Source: Vicugna vicugna
Lineage: Eukaryota
Length of the DNA: 64,000 nt
Assembly: GCA_013265495.1 (NCBI GenBank)
Contig: MU057503.1
Coordinates: 620,001-684,000 of the forward strand
Direction: 5' to 3'
Shown: positions 41,030-54,232 of the stretch, in pieces
How positions within the stretch are numbered: position 1 is the first letter of the stretch
How the letters are laid out: each line of letters opens with the position of its first letter
Translations under genes and position numbers: made by a program
The notes under the pieces: model-generated
The model's database searches: none
What the model was told of the DNA's origin: nothing
What the model saw: only the letters and a program-made list of their open reading frames with translations

Positions 41030-41294
41030 GGTGAAGATTCAGATGTGGAGGAGGGTGAGTCAGAGAAAGGCTCAGAAGTTTCCACTGACCCATTTCTCCC
41101 TGAAGAAGAGGTTAAACCCAGACAGATCACCTCCTAATCCTTGGGTCTGTTCATCCCTGACAACCACTCTCCTTACAAAAGTAATGTTTTCCTTTTGAAA
41201 GGCTGGATAGTCTTTCTACAGCTCTCTTTCCTGCCCCTCCCCCTACCTAAGACATGCACTCTAAATGCTCACAAACGGGAGAAAGTCTAGGAAG

Positions 41295-41505
41295 AGAATG
41301 GTGTTCACTGAGCACCGACGTGCCAGGCGCCCCGCGGGGAGATTTCCATCATCATCTCATTTCATTACCATGAATCTCAGGAGCTGGGTATCATCACCCT
41401 AGTTTTATAGATGGAGTAGCTGGAGTTGCAGGGAAATAAGCAAACGGCAATTCTTCAGAGGAACCGAGTGTCCAGGCCTGCAGCCAAAACCTGCACGCTC
41501 TTTCA
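41295..41505 (-). mobile_element. MIR SINE
   Basis: CACTGAGCAC..GTGCCAGGC..CATCATCTCATTTCAT..TATCATCACCCTAGTTTTATAGATGGAG. Bounds the viral element on the right. Confidence 0.65.
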
Positions 41506-42886
41506 TTGTTCTGTGCCCTGTGCGTTCTCTGCCCCACTCTTTATACTGGGGCCGCCTGTCAACAGTGCTTCCTCAGACAAACTGCCAAGTCAAAAACAAA
41601 GCACTTTAAATAAGCCCCTGGTCTAATTCTCCCTTGTTCATCCAAGGAGTATTTCTCACACAAAGAGCTGTATCACCCCAGCCCGGATCTCAACAGCTCC
41701 CTGCGTGACCTGGAAAACAGGAATGCACACCTTTATCAAGAAAGGAAGGAAATACTCATTCTAAGCTTTCTATCAGCCAGACACAGTGGGACGAGCTCTC
41801 CACACCAACCTGCCCGTCAGCTCCAGGTCTGGAAATGGGGGCCCGGCAACACGCAGCTCCCAGCAGCTGACAGAGACATACTCCCTCCTTTTCATGACCG
41901 TCCTCGAGAGGTGCTCTCTCTATATTCAATCAGAACACAGGGCAATGGATTCCAAACCAGCCTCTGAAGCTGTTAGGACAACATTAATTAAGATCATTTT
42001 TTAAAGCTCGGGGCAGAAGAGAAATTAACATTCCATTTATTTTAAAATACAGTGCACAAATGAAAAGTCAGCGTCAAGGACAAGCAGAGGCCAAGCTGCC
42101 CCCTGACTTGCTTACAGTCACAATCATGCATACCTAACAGGTCACCAGGAACTGAGTCCTGTTTATTTTTATTTCATTTTTTTAAAAGCCTATCTGAAGG
42201 GGCAAGAAAAGCCTATTTCTACTAATCAAAAGTTATCGGTTATCTGCATTCTGAATACATACAAGTAGAGGAAAACCACCAAGAACGCCATTTAAGGTTG
42301 GGCAGGATCTCCCCACCGCACAAAGATGCCGAGGGGCCACGGTGTGCACGACAGCAGGGGCTGCATCCACCTGGAGGAATAGATTTCTCTTTAAAACACA
42401 TATACAGGTTCCACAGAGCCAAGAACAGCTGCATTTTTCATGAGGCCCATCTGCAAAATGAAAATGAGGGGTCCCTTGTTTAAAAATTAAAAGAATTTCA
42501 AGAAGGCACCGGCAGAGCATTTAACCAAGAACAGGACTCTCCTCTGCGTGCGAGTCGCTCCCTCATGGCGCAGACCTGCGACCGAGCTAGTGGCAGCCCT
42601 GACCACGCATACAGCACAGAAAAAGGATCACCTGATGGCCTTGCTTTGCTCTTACTTATACTAAACAAGGATAACTACAAGCAAGACTGAGAACCATCCT
42701 CTTTTACTCTCACACTTGAAACAAAAGCCAATTTATTTTAAAAAATGATTTTTGTTCTTAAGCAAACAATGCATTGCTTCTAAGACATGAGAACGAGACA
42801 GAACAAAAAACTGAGTGCAATTGCTGAAATAAAAGCCTTCATTTTCAGTAGTGAAAAGCAAATACCACAACATACTAAATTAGTAC

Positions 42887-43394
42887 TGTCAGGGAGTAAA
42901 ATTTTGCCACCAATGTCTCTGGCATGTGGATTATTTCTGAGTTGAAAACAACCAAGGCCCAAAAGACTCAGGGAGAAACTCTGGTCTTCCCTCTAACTTC
43001 CTCTAACTGCACAGAAGGCCTGTTCCTGGAACAGAGCTATCACCAGAGATATCTGCAAAGAATAAGGACTGGGCGTGGTGGGGGACACTCAGAGGTCAGA
43101 GACCAGTCTGTGTCCCAGTGTCTCTGCAAGGACCAGCGAACACTTACTTTTCCTTCTTCAGGTCAATTGCCTTGCTCTGTGTGGACATCCTCCTCTGTCT
43201 TTTGCGGAAGGCGGTACTCAAGGGGAGGGCTTCAGCCATTCTGGCCAGTGACTCAGTCTTCCTGGGTCTCTGCCACGTATGCATGTCATTAAACTTGTTT
43301 GATTTTCTCCTGTTAATCTGTCTCATATCAACTTAATTCTTAGAGCAGCCACAAAAGCCTAGAAGGGTAGAGGAAAATTTCTTCCTTCCCTACA
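42887..43394 (+). mobile_element. ERV1 solo LTR (MER34/MER39-like)
   Basis: TG...CA termini, ATTAAA poly(A) signal, end AGGGTAGAGGAAAATTTCTTCCTTCCCTACA, flanks GTAC/GTAA. Confidence 0.78.
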
Positions 43395-43764
43395 GTAACA
43401 CAGGGGATAGATAACCTTGAGAAACTATCCCGGAACATAGGGAAAATCAATAAAGAAACTATAAAGATAAAGGTTCACATACAAATGAAAGAGACTCTTG
43501 GCGTCCACCCCTGGCTTTCTCAGTAAATGATACTTGTTGTAATGTCACATTTTCCAAGGATGCATAGATGTATGCATAAATGTATAAGAGAGCCAACAGA
43601 GCAAAATTGAGAATAAAAAGTACAATATAAGAAAACAGCTCAGAGGTTAAAAGTCCCAAGAATGAAAATTGGGAGCACTAACAGAAATCAAGGCAAAATT
43701 AACGCCAAGCCCTTGTAGACTTCCTAAATACCACATATAAGATGGTCAACCAGGAAAAGTGTCC

Positions 43765-44074
43765 TTATGCTAGGAGACAGAGCGAGGTTTGACACAGACA
43801 CTAGAGGAGACAATGTGACCCTGGAGGCAGAGATTGGTGTGATGTAACCACAAGCCAAGGAGTGCCAGCAGCACCTGAAGAAGCAGGAAGAGGCAAAGAA
43901 CGGATTCTCCCCAGAGCCTCGCAAGGGAGTCTGGCCCTGCTGACACCTAGATTTCAGGCTTCTGATTCCAGAATGGCAGGAAAAGAAATTTCTCTTTGCT
44001 TCCAGCATCCCAGTTTGTGTGTGTGTGTTTTTTTGTTTGTTTGTTTGTTTACAGCAGCCCTAGGAAACTAATAC
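43765..44074 (+). mobile_element. MLT1B/C-like MaLR LTR (partial)
   Basis: GAGGCAGAGATTGGTGTGATG..CAAGCCAAGGAGTGCC..GGCCCTGCTGACACC..ACAGCAGCCCTAGGAAACTAATACA. Confidence 0.85.
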
Positions 44075-44342
44075 ATTAGGCACTACCTAACAAAGACTTT
44101 CAATGTACAATAAAGCTCCAAGATACAGCTTCTCTGGCTCACAGTCAGCCTGGCAGAGGACACGGGACTGATCCAGCCTCAGCACTGGCGTGCACAACCA
44201 CCAAGCCAGAGTGGGGGCTGGGAGGGATTTGGATCTGCAGCCCGATGCAGGGGCTCCCAGCCAGCTGGCTTCACAGAGCTGCCCCAGCTATTTCTCCACC
44301 TTTACAATAATGCCGCCTTGATTTTGGGCAATTCAATTTCTT

Positions 44343-44888
44343 TGGAACCAAAGAGGAGTAGTATATGCCACCCCTAAATAAGCCTCTTTGGCGTAAGGTT
44401 GATCTTGAGCTGGTTATTTTTATGAAATAGCAAACACAAGAGAAAGTCTGAAAGCCTGGTAGAAGCTACCCTTTGTAAGAGACATTTACACATATGAGGG
44501 AAATCTCCATTTCTAAGGGTGCCTCGCTCTCTCAGCACCAGGGAGAAAAGACTGACTACATCTTTAGAAACTATTATCAATGGAGAAATCAGCAACTTAA
44601 ATCTGCATGACAAATCTGCATGTCTACTGGGCTTTTCCTAGTAACCTCCCCCAAGTGTCTCTTCCCCTCCATATCTTCCTTTGCCTTTACTGAAGAAAGT
44701 ATTTAAGGTGATACTTGGATCACTTTGGGAAGTTAATCAGTTTTCCTGGGTATCTTCTATGTATACAGGAGGTGTACATGTGATTAAACTTCTTGTTTAC
44801 TCCTGCTAATGTGTCTTATTACGGGAGGAGGGGGCAGTGTCTCAGCCAAGAATAGGGTAGAGAGAAAATTATTTCTCCTCCACTGCAG
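44343..44888 (+). mobile_element. ERV1 solo LTR (MER34-like)
   Basis: ATATGCCACCCCTAAATAAGCCTCTTTGGC start and GGGTAGAGAGAAAATTATTTCTCCTCC end. Related to 42887-43394. Confidence 0.75.
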
Positions 44889-45304
44889 GACCCCTTGTAT
44901 CATTATGGGGAGTTCCGCCTCACTCATGAGCTCAGACTGGGGCCAGAGCAGCAAACAAAACACATGCAGACCTTGCCCTGATGGAGCTTCCAATAAGAGC
45001 GGAGTATATATTAAACAAATAAGTACCAAAAAAATATATTTACCGTGTTTCTTGTTCCCACATTTGTTTAATCCTCACACGCACCCTATAAATTAGGACT
45101 TATCTCTGGCTGAGCGATGTGGAAACTGCCATTAAGGGTCAGCTGGAAGGAGCGGGTCTGGGGTTGGATCTCAGGCCACAGGGAGCCCAGTGCTTTAAGG
45201 ACAACACCACACTGGTTCCTTGCTCGGCCCCTTTGACTTACTACTGGAAAATGGAGCCACCGTTTTCTCACCCAGTGTCTCAGGCCTCAGACTTTGGAAT
45301 CTCT

Positions 45305-45577
45305 TTTTCTTTCTTTCCTTTTTTTTTTTTTCTTAATTAAAATATAGTCAGTTTATAATGTGCCAATTTCTGGTGCACAACAAAATACTTCAGTCATACA
45401 TATACACACTGTATTCATTTTCATATTCATTTTCATTATAAGTCACTACAAGATATCGAATATAGTTCCCTGTGCTATACAGTAGGACCTTGCTGTTTAT
45501 CTATTTTATATATATATCAGTTAGTATATGCAAATCTCAAACTCCCAATTTATCCCTTCCCAACCCCTTTCCCCCGG
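45305..45577 (-). mobile_element. L1 3' end (lineage-specific)
   Basis: T-rich tail, then AATATAGTTCCCTGTGCTATACAGTAGGACCTTG..CTCCCAATTTATCCC, the reverse of the 3' UTR seen near 3600-3850. Confidence 0.88.
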
Positions 45578-47479
45578 ACTCTTTCTTGACTCTTCTTTTT
45601 CTCCCCTAACAATATTACAAGCCATAAACTACACTAGTTTGTCCAACTTTTAAACCAGACTATGTAAAAATTCTCCTTCTTCTCCCAAGAGGGAACTTTC
45701 AACTTAACAAGTTTCTTAATCAAATGTAGCATTCACCATCTCTGGGGTTTGGGGGTTTTTTTGGTCTGTTTTTTTGCATAAGATATTATATTTTGAGGAA
45801 ATGTGTGTGTGACCTTGTACAATTCATTCTCTGACCTTAATTACCTGCGCTGGCTCTTCAAGATTCCCGCCCAGGCGCACTGGGGGCCCTCCCAGGGTGC
45901 GAGGCTGAGCAGCCTCTGGTTCCTGGCTCCTCTCCAGCTGTATCTTACAGCCCTAGTATTTACTTAACTTTCAGGTCTTTGCGTATAGGATTCCATTTTC
46001 AGGGAATCCATTGGCTATTTCCCACACGTCACCACTCATCCTTCAGTCTGAGCTTTGACTACACGCTCTGCAAGGGCAAGGACCCTGCGTTTCTTCTCTG
46101 CTGTGTCCCTATCATGTTCCCTGGTGCAGAGCGGGTGTCTAACCTCAGCGGAACCCACGTCACCTCCTCAACCACAGCTCGGGGTATTAGGAAGTCCTCC
46201 CTCCCTGTCCCAACACCCTAAGCCTCCTCCCATAGCAGCACTTATCACTTGATGTTTTAAATGCTGTCTGTCTTCTCTGCTAGATAACGTTCTTGAAGGC
46301 CTAGGCTTTATCTTGGTTACAGTTCAATCCCAAAGTCTTCCACAGCACCTGGGAACATCTGTTGACTAACCTTATTATATTTTTGAGTAACTCACCTGTT
46401 TCCCTTTCTCAATAAAAAAGGAAAAGATGACATCTATTTCACAATATTCCTGCCAGCCTTAATGCCACAAAATGCTGATTATATTAAAGGATTCTAATTA
46501 GAAATTCAGATAACGTCGTGAAACCCACTTTATAAGCTAGACACCTCATTCATTTATCAGAATTATTTTTTTCACAGCACCAACTTACTGCCTATGATAT
46601 TAAGAAAATCTAGAATTTGTACATCAACTGTATTTTGATTTAATAAATAAATAAAAGTAAGAAAAAAAGAAAGAAAAATCTCAAACCACTCTCTTACCCC
46701 AGGTGACCATTGACTTTAATTTTCCAAGGAGTGACAAAATTTGCAAAGGTGCATCAGTACAGATGGGCTCATATTATACTGTGACCACAAAGATTTGTCA
46801 CACAATCTGCATGCCCATTTCAAGCTGGCTCCACATCTCTTCATCAGAGAGGACAGAGGCTCCACAGTCTAGAAGGCCCCTGGTGACAAGGAAGGGAAGA
46901 CGCCGAACAGCCACGTCCCCAGTAGAACTGGAAATAACTAGTGAACATCCTTGGCGAGCACCAGAGGAAGTTTGGCAGAAATGTGAACACTCTACAAGAG
47001 TAGTTAACTTTCCACCTGTGGCATCCCAAAAGGTAACTAACTCAGAATCAGTACACACACTCAATTTTATTTTGCTTTAATAAAATTAACAAGACAAATG
47101 CAAGTTATTCCTCATTATATGGCAATTCACCAAAAAAAAAAAAAACTGCCATAATGCAATTGAACAACAGAGAACAATCTACGTTCCCAGAAAACCGATA
47201 CAACAGAATTTTATTAACAGACCAATGTAGCTCTAGAAACTAAAGGCAGATTTGTTCCCCAGCTGTTCACAGGTACTGGCACAGTGAGGCCTCTGCATAC
47301 CAACTGCCTCCACCTGGCGCTGTCACAAACCATTAGCTTGTGAATGATGCATGAGCAAGGAGTACCACCGCGTCCTTTACAACGCCTATAATTTGCACTC
47401 ACATTTCAAACAAATGTAAATTCAGGTGCATGCAAAGCATACAATATCAGCAGGCATAGTGAAGGGAGGATCACAGCAG

Positions 47480-48600
47480 AAGGGACCACGGGAAGCATTC
47501 AGAAGAGAGGCAAGGCTAACGATAAATTCAAATTCCAAACAAAGTCACAGCCAAACTGCTAGAGGGTGAAGAGAACAGAGGCAGGGTCGGGAGAGCCTGG
47601 GAACAGCAGTACTTAAAGATTTCTGAGAGGAGGAGGGAGCACTGTCAGACAATTAGCAAAAGGACCAGAAGGAAGAAGTCTCCAGAAATTAACAGATGAA
47701 AGAGTTCACGGATTAGAGTGAGCAGCAACAATGACCACTCTGGTGAGGATGTGAAAGGTGAACAAATTTAAGTGACCACTTGAATCTAAAAAGTCACTGG
47801 CGACCTCGGGCAGCGCTAAAGCAGAAGCACCCACAGTTGCTGAATTGCATCCTACTCCCACCCGTCTGTGCACCCACCCCTGCTCTCCTCTCCAGCCCCT
47901 CCACTGGCTGCTGACTTCTTTAAGGTTCAGCTCCTGCCTCACCTCCTACAGGAAGCCTTCTCCGATGTCCCCACCCTGAGCTCCACGCTACCCAAGATGC
48001 CCTGTGCTGTTCAGCTGGACAGGATCTGCCACTTGACAACTTGGGGGAAGAGGTCACTCTAATCTTTGTGTCCTTGGCACCCAGAAGAGTTTTTGGCATA
48101 CTGTAGGCATTCCATATGTGTTTCTGTAAGGAAGGAAATAAAAGGGATACAAAAAGATAGCAACTGTGTGTCCAGTAACTTGAAGGGGTGATATGGACTA
48201 GAAGAGGGGATATGCCACTTGACTCAAGAACAAGGACTTAGCACACCAGTGTCTGAGCAAAGAGGGAGGCAATGGAGAAGACTCAAGATGCTGGGATGAA
48301 AGATATGGGGAACGGAAGTCAGGGCACATGTGAGTGTATGTGGCAGGAGGAGGGGTGTTAAACACTTCTGGCAGAACATTCCCCCATCTGAGACAGCAGG
48401 GAATAAAAGGGATGTTAAAGGGACCCAAGGTGGCCTAGAAGAAGAGCTCGTGCTGAACAGAGAACCAGGAAGGTGGGACAGCGAGGGCCTCTGAAAACAC
48501 AAAGGGAGGCAGGAATGGGATTGGAAGTTTGAGGGAAAAAGATAAAGTCTGGAAAGGCAACTGTGCAGATGGGTAAGGAATCAATCAGAAATGTGTTGGT
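47480..48600. mobile_element. Cluster of degenerate LINE-2 fragments
   Basis: TTCTTTAAGGTTCAGCTC..ACCTCCTACAGGAAGCCTTCTCC and AAGTCACTGGCGACCT motifs, in mixed orientations. Confidence 0.55.
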
Positions 48601-49079
48601 AACTGAAGTAACAGAACCTCTTCACTCTTCCCTTAAGTATCCAGTCACTCCCACTCCTGTCAATTCTTCTTTCAACTTCTCCCTCGAATCTATCCTCCCT
48701 TTCCAGGTGAGGACTTCTCTGGGTTTTTGAAATTAGCTTCATGCCTAGACCATTATGATTGTGTAACTCTGTATTTCCTTAACTGTGTTCCTCAAAATGT
48801 TCATAAGTACACTTACCAAAAGAGGCAAGGGAAATGGATTTCTCAGCCAGATAAGGTGAGGAAGCAATATCTACTCTCCCTCAGCTTGGAGTTTCAAATC
48901 TCCACAGTGAATGAAAACCTCTAAGAAATCCTGCAAAGAAATCGACCTAACTCTAACCCAGCTTGGGTGCAGGTTTTTTTCTCACGTGGCACGTACTAAA
49001 TACATAATGGAATACGATAAGGAAAACCTATTTTCTCACTGCAGGGTCATCTACAAATGTAGGCTACAAAGTATCACCA

Positions 49080-49490
49080 TGCATCAGTCAGAACAGCCTA
49101 GGCTATGCTGTGGTAACAAATATCCCCCAAATCTTGGTAATTTCACACAAGACATTGATCACCATAGACCTGAACAACTCTACAGGGCATCTGCCCTGCC
49201 ACAGGGACTCAGTGGACTGAGGCTCTGCCAACCTGTAGCTGAACCATCTGAAACACACAGCCTTCTCATTATTGCATAGGAGAAAGATGATGTTGGAAGG
49301 TGTTCCAGCCACAATTAAATGCTTCAGCCTGGAAGCAACATGTGACTTCGGTTCACAACACACTGGCCAGAATTAGTCGTATGGGCTCACCTGGCTGAAA
49401 AGGGAGAAGATGGTAAGCCTCCCATGTGTCCTGACAAGAAGCAACTCAGAGAAGGGTGAGCGTTCAGTGTCTCCACCACGTACCCAGTCA
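49080..49490 (-). mobile_element. Old MLT1-type MaLR LTR
   Basis: TAGGCTATGCTGTGGTAACAAA..CCCCAAATCT and CACTGGCCAGAATTAGTCGTATGG motifs. Confidence 0.7.
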
Positions 49491-52400
49491 GCCCCAGTCT
49501 GCTGGTTTCACCTCTAGAAGCCCTCTAACAGTCCCTCCTCCTTTCATCGTCTCACCACCATACCTCACCTTCACCTCTGCTTCTCTCCTGTGCCTGCCAG
49601 TTATTTTTCCCAACTATCTCATCATGTCACCCCCAACACCTGCTTATTAAAAAAAAAATCCTTTGTGGCTACTCACTGCTTATGGTATAAATGTCCTTAC
49701 CATGATAAACAAGGACCTTCACACTTTTCATCTCAATCTACCTTTTCAGCCCTGACCCTGGCCTTTGTAGGTTTTTTGTTTTGTTTTGTTTTTTTAAGAT
49801 CTGACACTTTCTGGACTAGGTCTTACTTTGATTTTAATTGCAATGAGTCAGAAATCTCAGGGTAAAGAAAAACTGGCCTAGGGTTTCAGTGACCCTCTAA
49901 GGTCTTGTCAATCAGGCAGTTCCAGCAGTGTCTGCAGCCCCGTGGCTCAGGCAGGACCTTCAGTTCCACAGTCCCATTTTCTAGAATGCACTCTGCTTCC
50001 TGGGTGATTCAATCAGGTCTGTTGGGGGCGGGGGGGGGGAGGGTTTGGCACAGACTGTAGCAGAGCTTCTGCAGGACATATCCAGGTGATCCTACCTGCA
50101 AATTTGGGAGGATGCCCCCTTCATTATTACCTTTCCTGCAGCAAAAGCTGCGGTCCATAATGAATTCCCCTTAGACCTCCAACCATGACAAATCCCACCA
50201 GGTCTAATCTCCCATTTTCCCCTCCGCTCCTCTGTACGTAATACAGAGGTACACATCCCAAGAGCAGCCGGGCAGGATTTCTAAACACAGAAGCATCATT
50301 CAGACATGATACTTTTTACCATTGTGAAGGAAAGCACAAATCTTGCAGGGCGGTTCCAGAGACCATGCCTGGCAGACGTAAAGAGCAGTCACATTTTTAT
50401 CAGCACCCACTCTTTGAGTAAGAAGGAAGACTCATGCTATTGCCAGGTGGCTCAGGCTCTGGGTGGAGATTTTCTGAAGACATATACCTACAAACGGTCA
50501 CAAAAGATAATTCTAATTCCCAGAAATTACCACTTTCATACCATCATGCACTTACTCATGCTTCTGTCTCCCCATGTCTCTTCGGTCCAGTATTCATTGC
50601 TCCATAGTTAGACCACCGTCAGCTTTGCAAACCCTCTTCCCGTTTCCCCAAACTCACCAGAATTAAGTCCCTCCCCCACTCCCCTCTATTTGATCAATTC
50701 CTTTATCTCAGGAGCTCACTGTATTATAGTTATACACATACTGTCTCCCCTGCTAACCTGTGAACTTCTTGAAGATAGGAAATACACTTTTTTCAACCTT
50801 TAGAGGCTAATATTCAGTGGAGGTTTAACAAATGTTAACTGACTGAAAACTGAATTAACTTAAGGTTTTCTGCCAAGCTAGCTGAAATAATCTAATTTGA
50901 CTTGCATCCAGTATGACTTATTAAAAGTGAGCATTTATTGATCAGATTGTCAGAATTATGTTTATTAAGGAAAATAATCAAATTGTTTATTTTACTAACA
51001 TAACACAATCTAAACACCTTCTGTTTTGTTTTGGGGGTCTGTCCCATAACATATTCCAAAAAGCTTGGATGGCATATGATATGAAATGGAGATAACTCAC
51101 CCTCCAATTTATAAATGCCTAACCCATCATATTTACGGAGCAAAACAACTAAATTAGTTTCGTAATAAAACTCCAAAATTAGATTTACAGATGAGGTAAA
51201 TCCCTGCTTTGAGATACGGTAAAAATAAATATATCCCAGGAAAGGACGTGTAACTTAAGTTTAAACACTAAGAGAATGTGTTTCTTGTGAGAAAAGCTAG
51301 TGGAGCCTACTGTTTTGAATAGCTCCTCTTTAAAGTGGAATAACCCTGCTATAGAAATGGATGCTCAAGCAATTCTGGTAGGAACAAAGATGCTGAAGAG
51401 TAAAATAAATCAATCCCCTCAAAGCATCAAAAAGCACCACAAGGAGGAAGCTGAAGCAGGCAGAGACCTAACCACCCATCCCTGGCCACTTGCCCCTGAT
51501 GACCTTCACAGAGCAGCTGATTCTAGCAGCCGCTGGTCACTGTGAGTGTATGTCCTACAGTGACATACATTAAGTAGCAAGCTGCCCAGTGCTTTTAAAA
51601 TATAATTTGACTTAGATGAGTTTTCAAAACCAAATCTCTAACAAGATACCACGTCCTTTACACTCAGGTCAGAGATGCTGACAAGAGTAGCGATACAGCG
51701 GCTGCAGGGCCACACAGAAGTACAAGGTATTGATTTAAATTCCATCAAGTGCAGCTGCTTTCCACAGCAATTTAACTGCCAATGTAGAGGACATTAGCTC
51801 TGCACCAAGTGACAGCACAGAGCTGAGAGCACTGGCGATGTCCTCAGGCCACCCGCCCTCAGGCGGCTTGGGGCTACCCGCAGGGACTAAATTCCACACT
51901 GCTTGTAATCTTTTGTTCTGTAAGGATTCATAGGTTTCAATCAATTTCACATTTTTTTTCAAGTCCTCATACACTATTCAGACACCTACATACTTCACAG
52001 ATTATATTTAGGCTATAACTGAATCAGTGCCTTTAAAAAGGACATCCCAGAGTGGAACCCACAGGAGCCAGTTATGGTGGAATCATCACCACCCTAAATT
52101 TTACCTGCGTCACTGATATATGTCCTTCCAGACAAATACTTCAAATCACAAATTTTCTGGACAGTACAGTAACCGCATTATTGCTCTCAAGGAGTTGAGG
52201 GGGGCGGGCATCTAAAAGTTTAGTCCCTTTTAATCCCAGGATGGGCTGTTTATTTAAATTTTGTTTGTTTTAGAAGCAATGTTAGAACCTGTGCTTGGTG
52301 CTCACTGGTCACTGCTGCACAGGATGCAGGGCAGCCTCCAGGCATGAGGCTTAGCCACCATTACACCATCCTGGGTTTACCAGTCTGCTAAATTTAGACG

Positions 52401-53327
52401 TTTATATCATTAAATCAAATGCAACTAGATTTTCAACTCACTACCACGTTTGCTAAAATGCGTATTAGCAACAGATCCTCCAGAGATTTTACTTATGACA
52501 AAACAAATACGGCAAATGAAATAGCATTCATTTTTATGAAACATATACATATCTTTCAAGTCAGAGAAATGAACAAATCAGTTCACAATTTCTGTTACGC
52601 TTCTTACTCCCTCAGCACCTCATAGCTGGAAAGGACTCAGTCAATGACTTAACTGTGTAACTGAGAACTGAAAAAGTGAACCAGCTTGCTGAAGCCAAGG
52701 CTGGTTAGGAGAGCCAGGATGACCTCAAGCTGTCTCTTCCAGGTACTACTCCTCCCCCAGCACCAGGCTACTCAGTCACTCTGTTATGCTTAGGTTTTCA
52801 TCTTTTCATGAATTTATCTTCCCGACGAAAACGTACGCCTCGTACAGTTAAAAGCTCTATACCTTTTGTCCCTTGGCCCATGTGCCGTGTACAGCAAATC
52901 TATGATCATGACACAAAGAAAGCCAGTCAAATACTTCTTCTAAATAATCCCAGAATTTCCATAAACCTAAAGTGCTCAAAAAGTGTGTACTTTTAGCCCT
53001 AACTCTAGCAAAACTCTGGCCCCTATTGTTTTTGTTTTTCCTATCTATTAAATATGGGTAATACTAACCCCCCTCGATTGTTTAGTGGTCTTCAATAGCC
53101 CAAACGTGATGACACGCAGGCCCTTTGGAGAAAAAGTATTCTAGCATCTGGAATAAAGACCACAGAGAACGTGGGAAAGCATGCTCCTGAATTAATACAG
53201 ACATTCATGTCTCAAGTGGAAGGACTACATTCCACTGTAACTTTTTTAAAGTGGTCTACAGTTTTCCATCTGTAAAATACAGTTCCAAAAATAAGATAGA
53301 AAGTTATGCTGATTATTTTCCGCACTG

Positions 53328-54232
53328 GCAGTTCTCAAAGTATGGTCTGGGAACCCCTGGGGACCTCCAAGACCCTTTCAAGGGATGCATGAGGTCAAAG
53401 TTATTTTCATCATCATGCTATGATGTTACTTTCCTTTCTGATTCTCATTTCTCGCATGAGGAGGAATAGAGTTTACTCGAGTGCGATAGTACAACAGATG
53501 AAACGCAGAAGCGCCTAAGAATCCAGCTACTTTCTATTAAGGTAGATTAAAGGTACTTGTAAGTGTAGAGTGATGCCAACTCTTCTAAATTGGGTTTTGT
53601 TTTGGGAAAATATGGGTATTTTTCATTTAAAATATTTCCATGTTTATTTTTAACTGAATTTATAAATTTTCAAAAAATTTCTCAGCTTTAATTTCCAATA
53701 CAGTAAATATAACATATGTACAGGCATACCTTGTTTTATTGTGCTCATTTTATTGTGTTTTACAGATACTTTTTAATTAAACGTTTGTGGCAACACTACA
53801 TCAAGCAAATCCATAGGTGCCACTTTTCCAACAGCATTTGTTCACTTCATGTCTCTGTCACATTTTGGCAGTTCTCACAATAAATTTTTTTTCATTTTGT
53901 TATATTCATTATGGTGATCTGTGGTAAGTGATCTTTGATGTTACTATACCAAAAAGATTATAACTCAGTGAAGGCTCAGATGATGGTTAGCATTTTTTAG
54001 CCATAAAATACGTTTTTAACTAAGGTATATACAATTTTTTCAGACATAATGCTATTGTACACTCAATGGACTACTTACCATACAGTGTAAACATAACTTT
54101 TATATGCACTGGGAAACAAAAAACTTATGTGACTCATTTTATTGGTTATATTCACTTTATCATGGTGGTCTGAAACCAAACCCACAGCATCTCTGAGATC
54201 TATCTGTGCTGCTGACAAAAACTCTTTAGGAT
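53328..54232 (+). mobile_element. Charlie4a-like hAT element interrupted by Tigger
   Basis: CAGTTCTCAAAGTATGGTC..ACCCCTGGGG..AGACCCTTTCAAGGG..GAGGTCAAAGTTATTTTCAT start. Resumes as ACAAAAACTCTTTAGGATC after the Tigger. Confidence 0.65.
53721..54206 (+). mobile_element. Tigger1-derived non-autonomous DNA transposon
   Basis: TA|CAGGCATACCTTGTTTTATTG start, GTGTAAACATAACTTTTATATGCACTGGGAAAC, and GGTGGTCTGAAACCAAACCC end. Confidence 0.9.

Noticed and set aside
40924..41130. 68-aa ORF with a hydrophobic segment, read as a small host membrane protein
   Set aside because: The hydrophobic stretch is better explained as the signal peptide of the decayed viral G gene.
40559..41136. Protein-like plus-strand frame (..HHGEDSDVEEGESEKGSEV..) following a TTTCAG acceptor-like site
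   Set aside because: It contains several stops and lies antisense to the collinear G matches.
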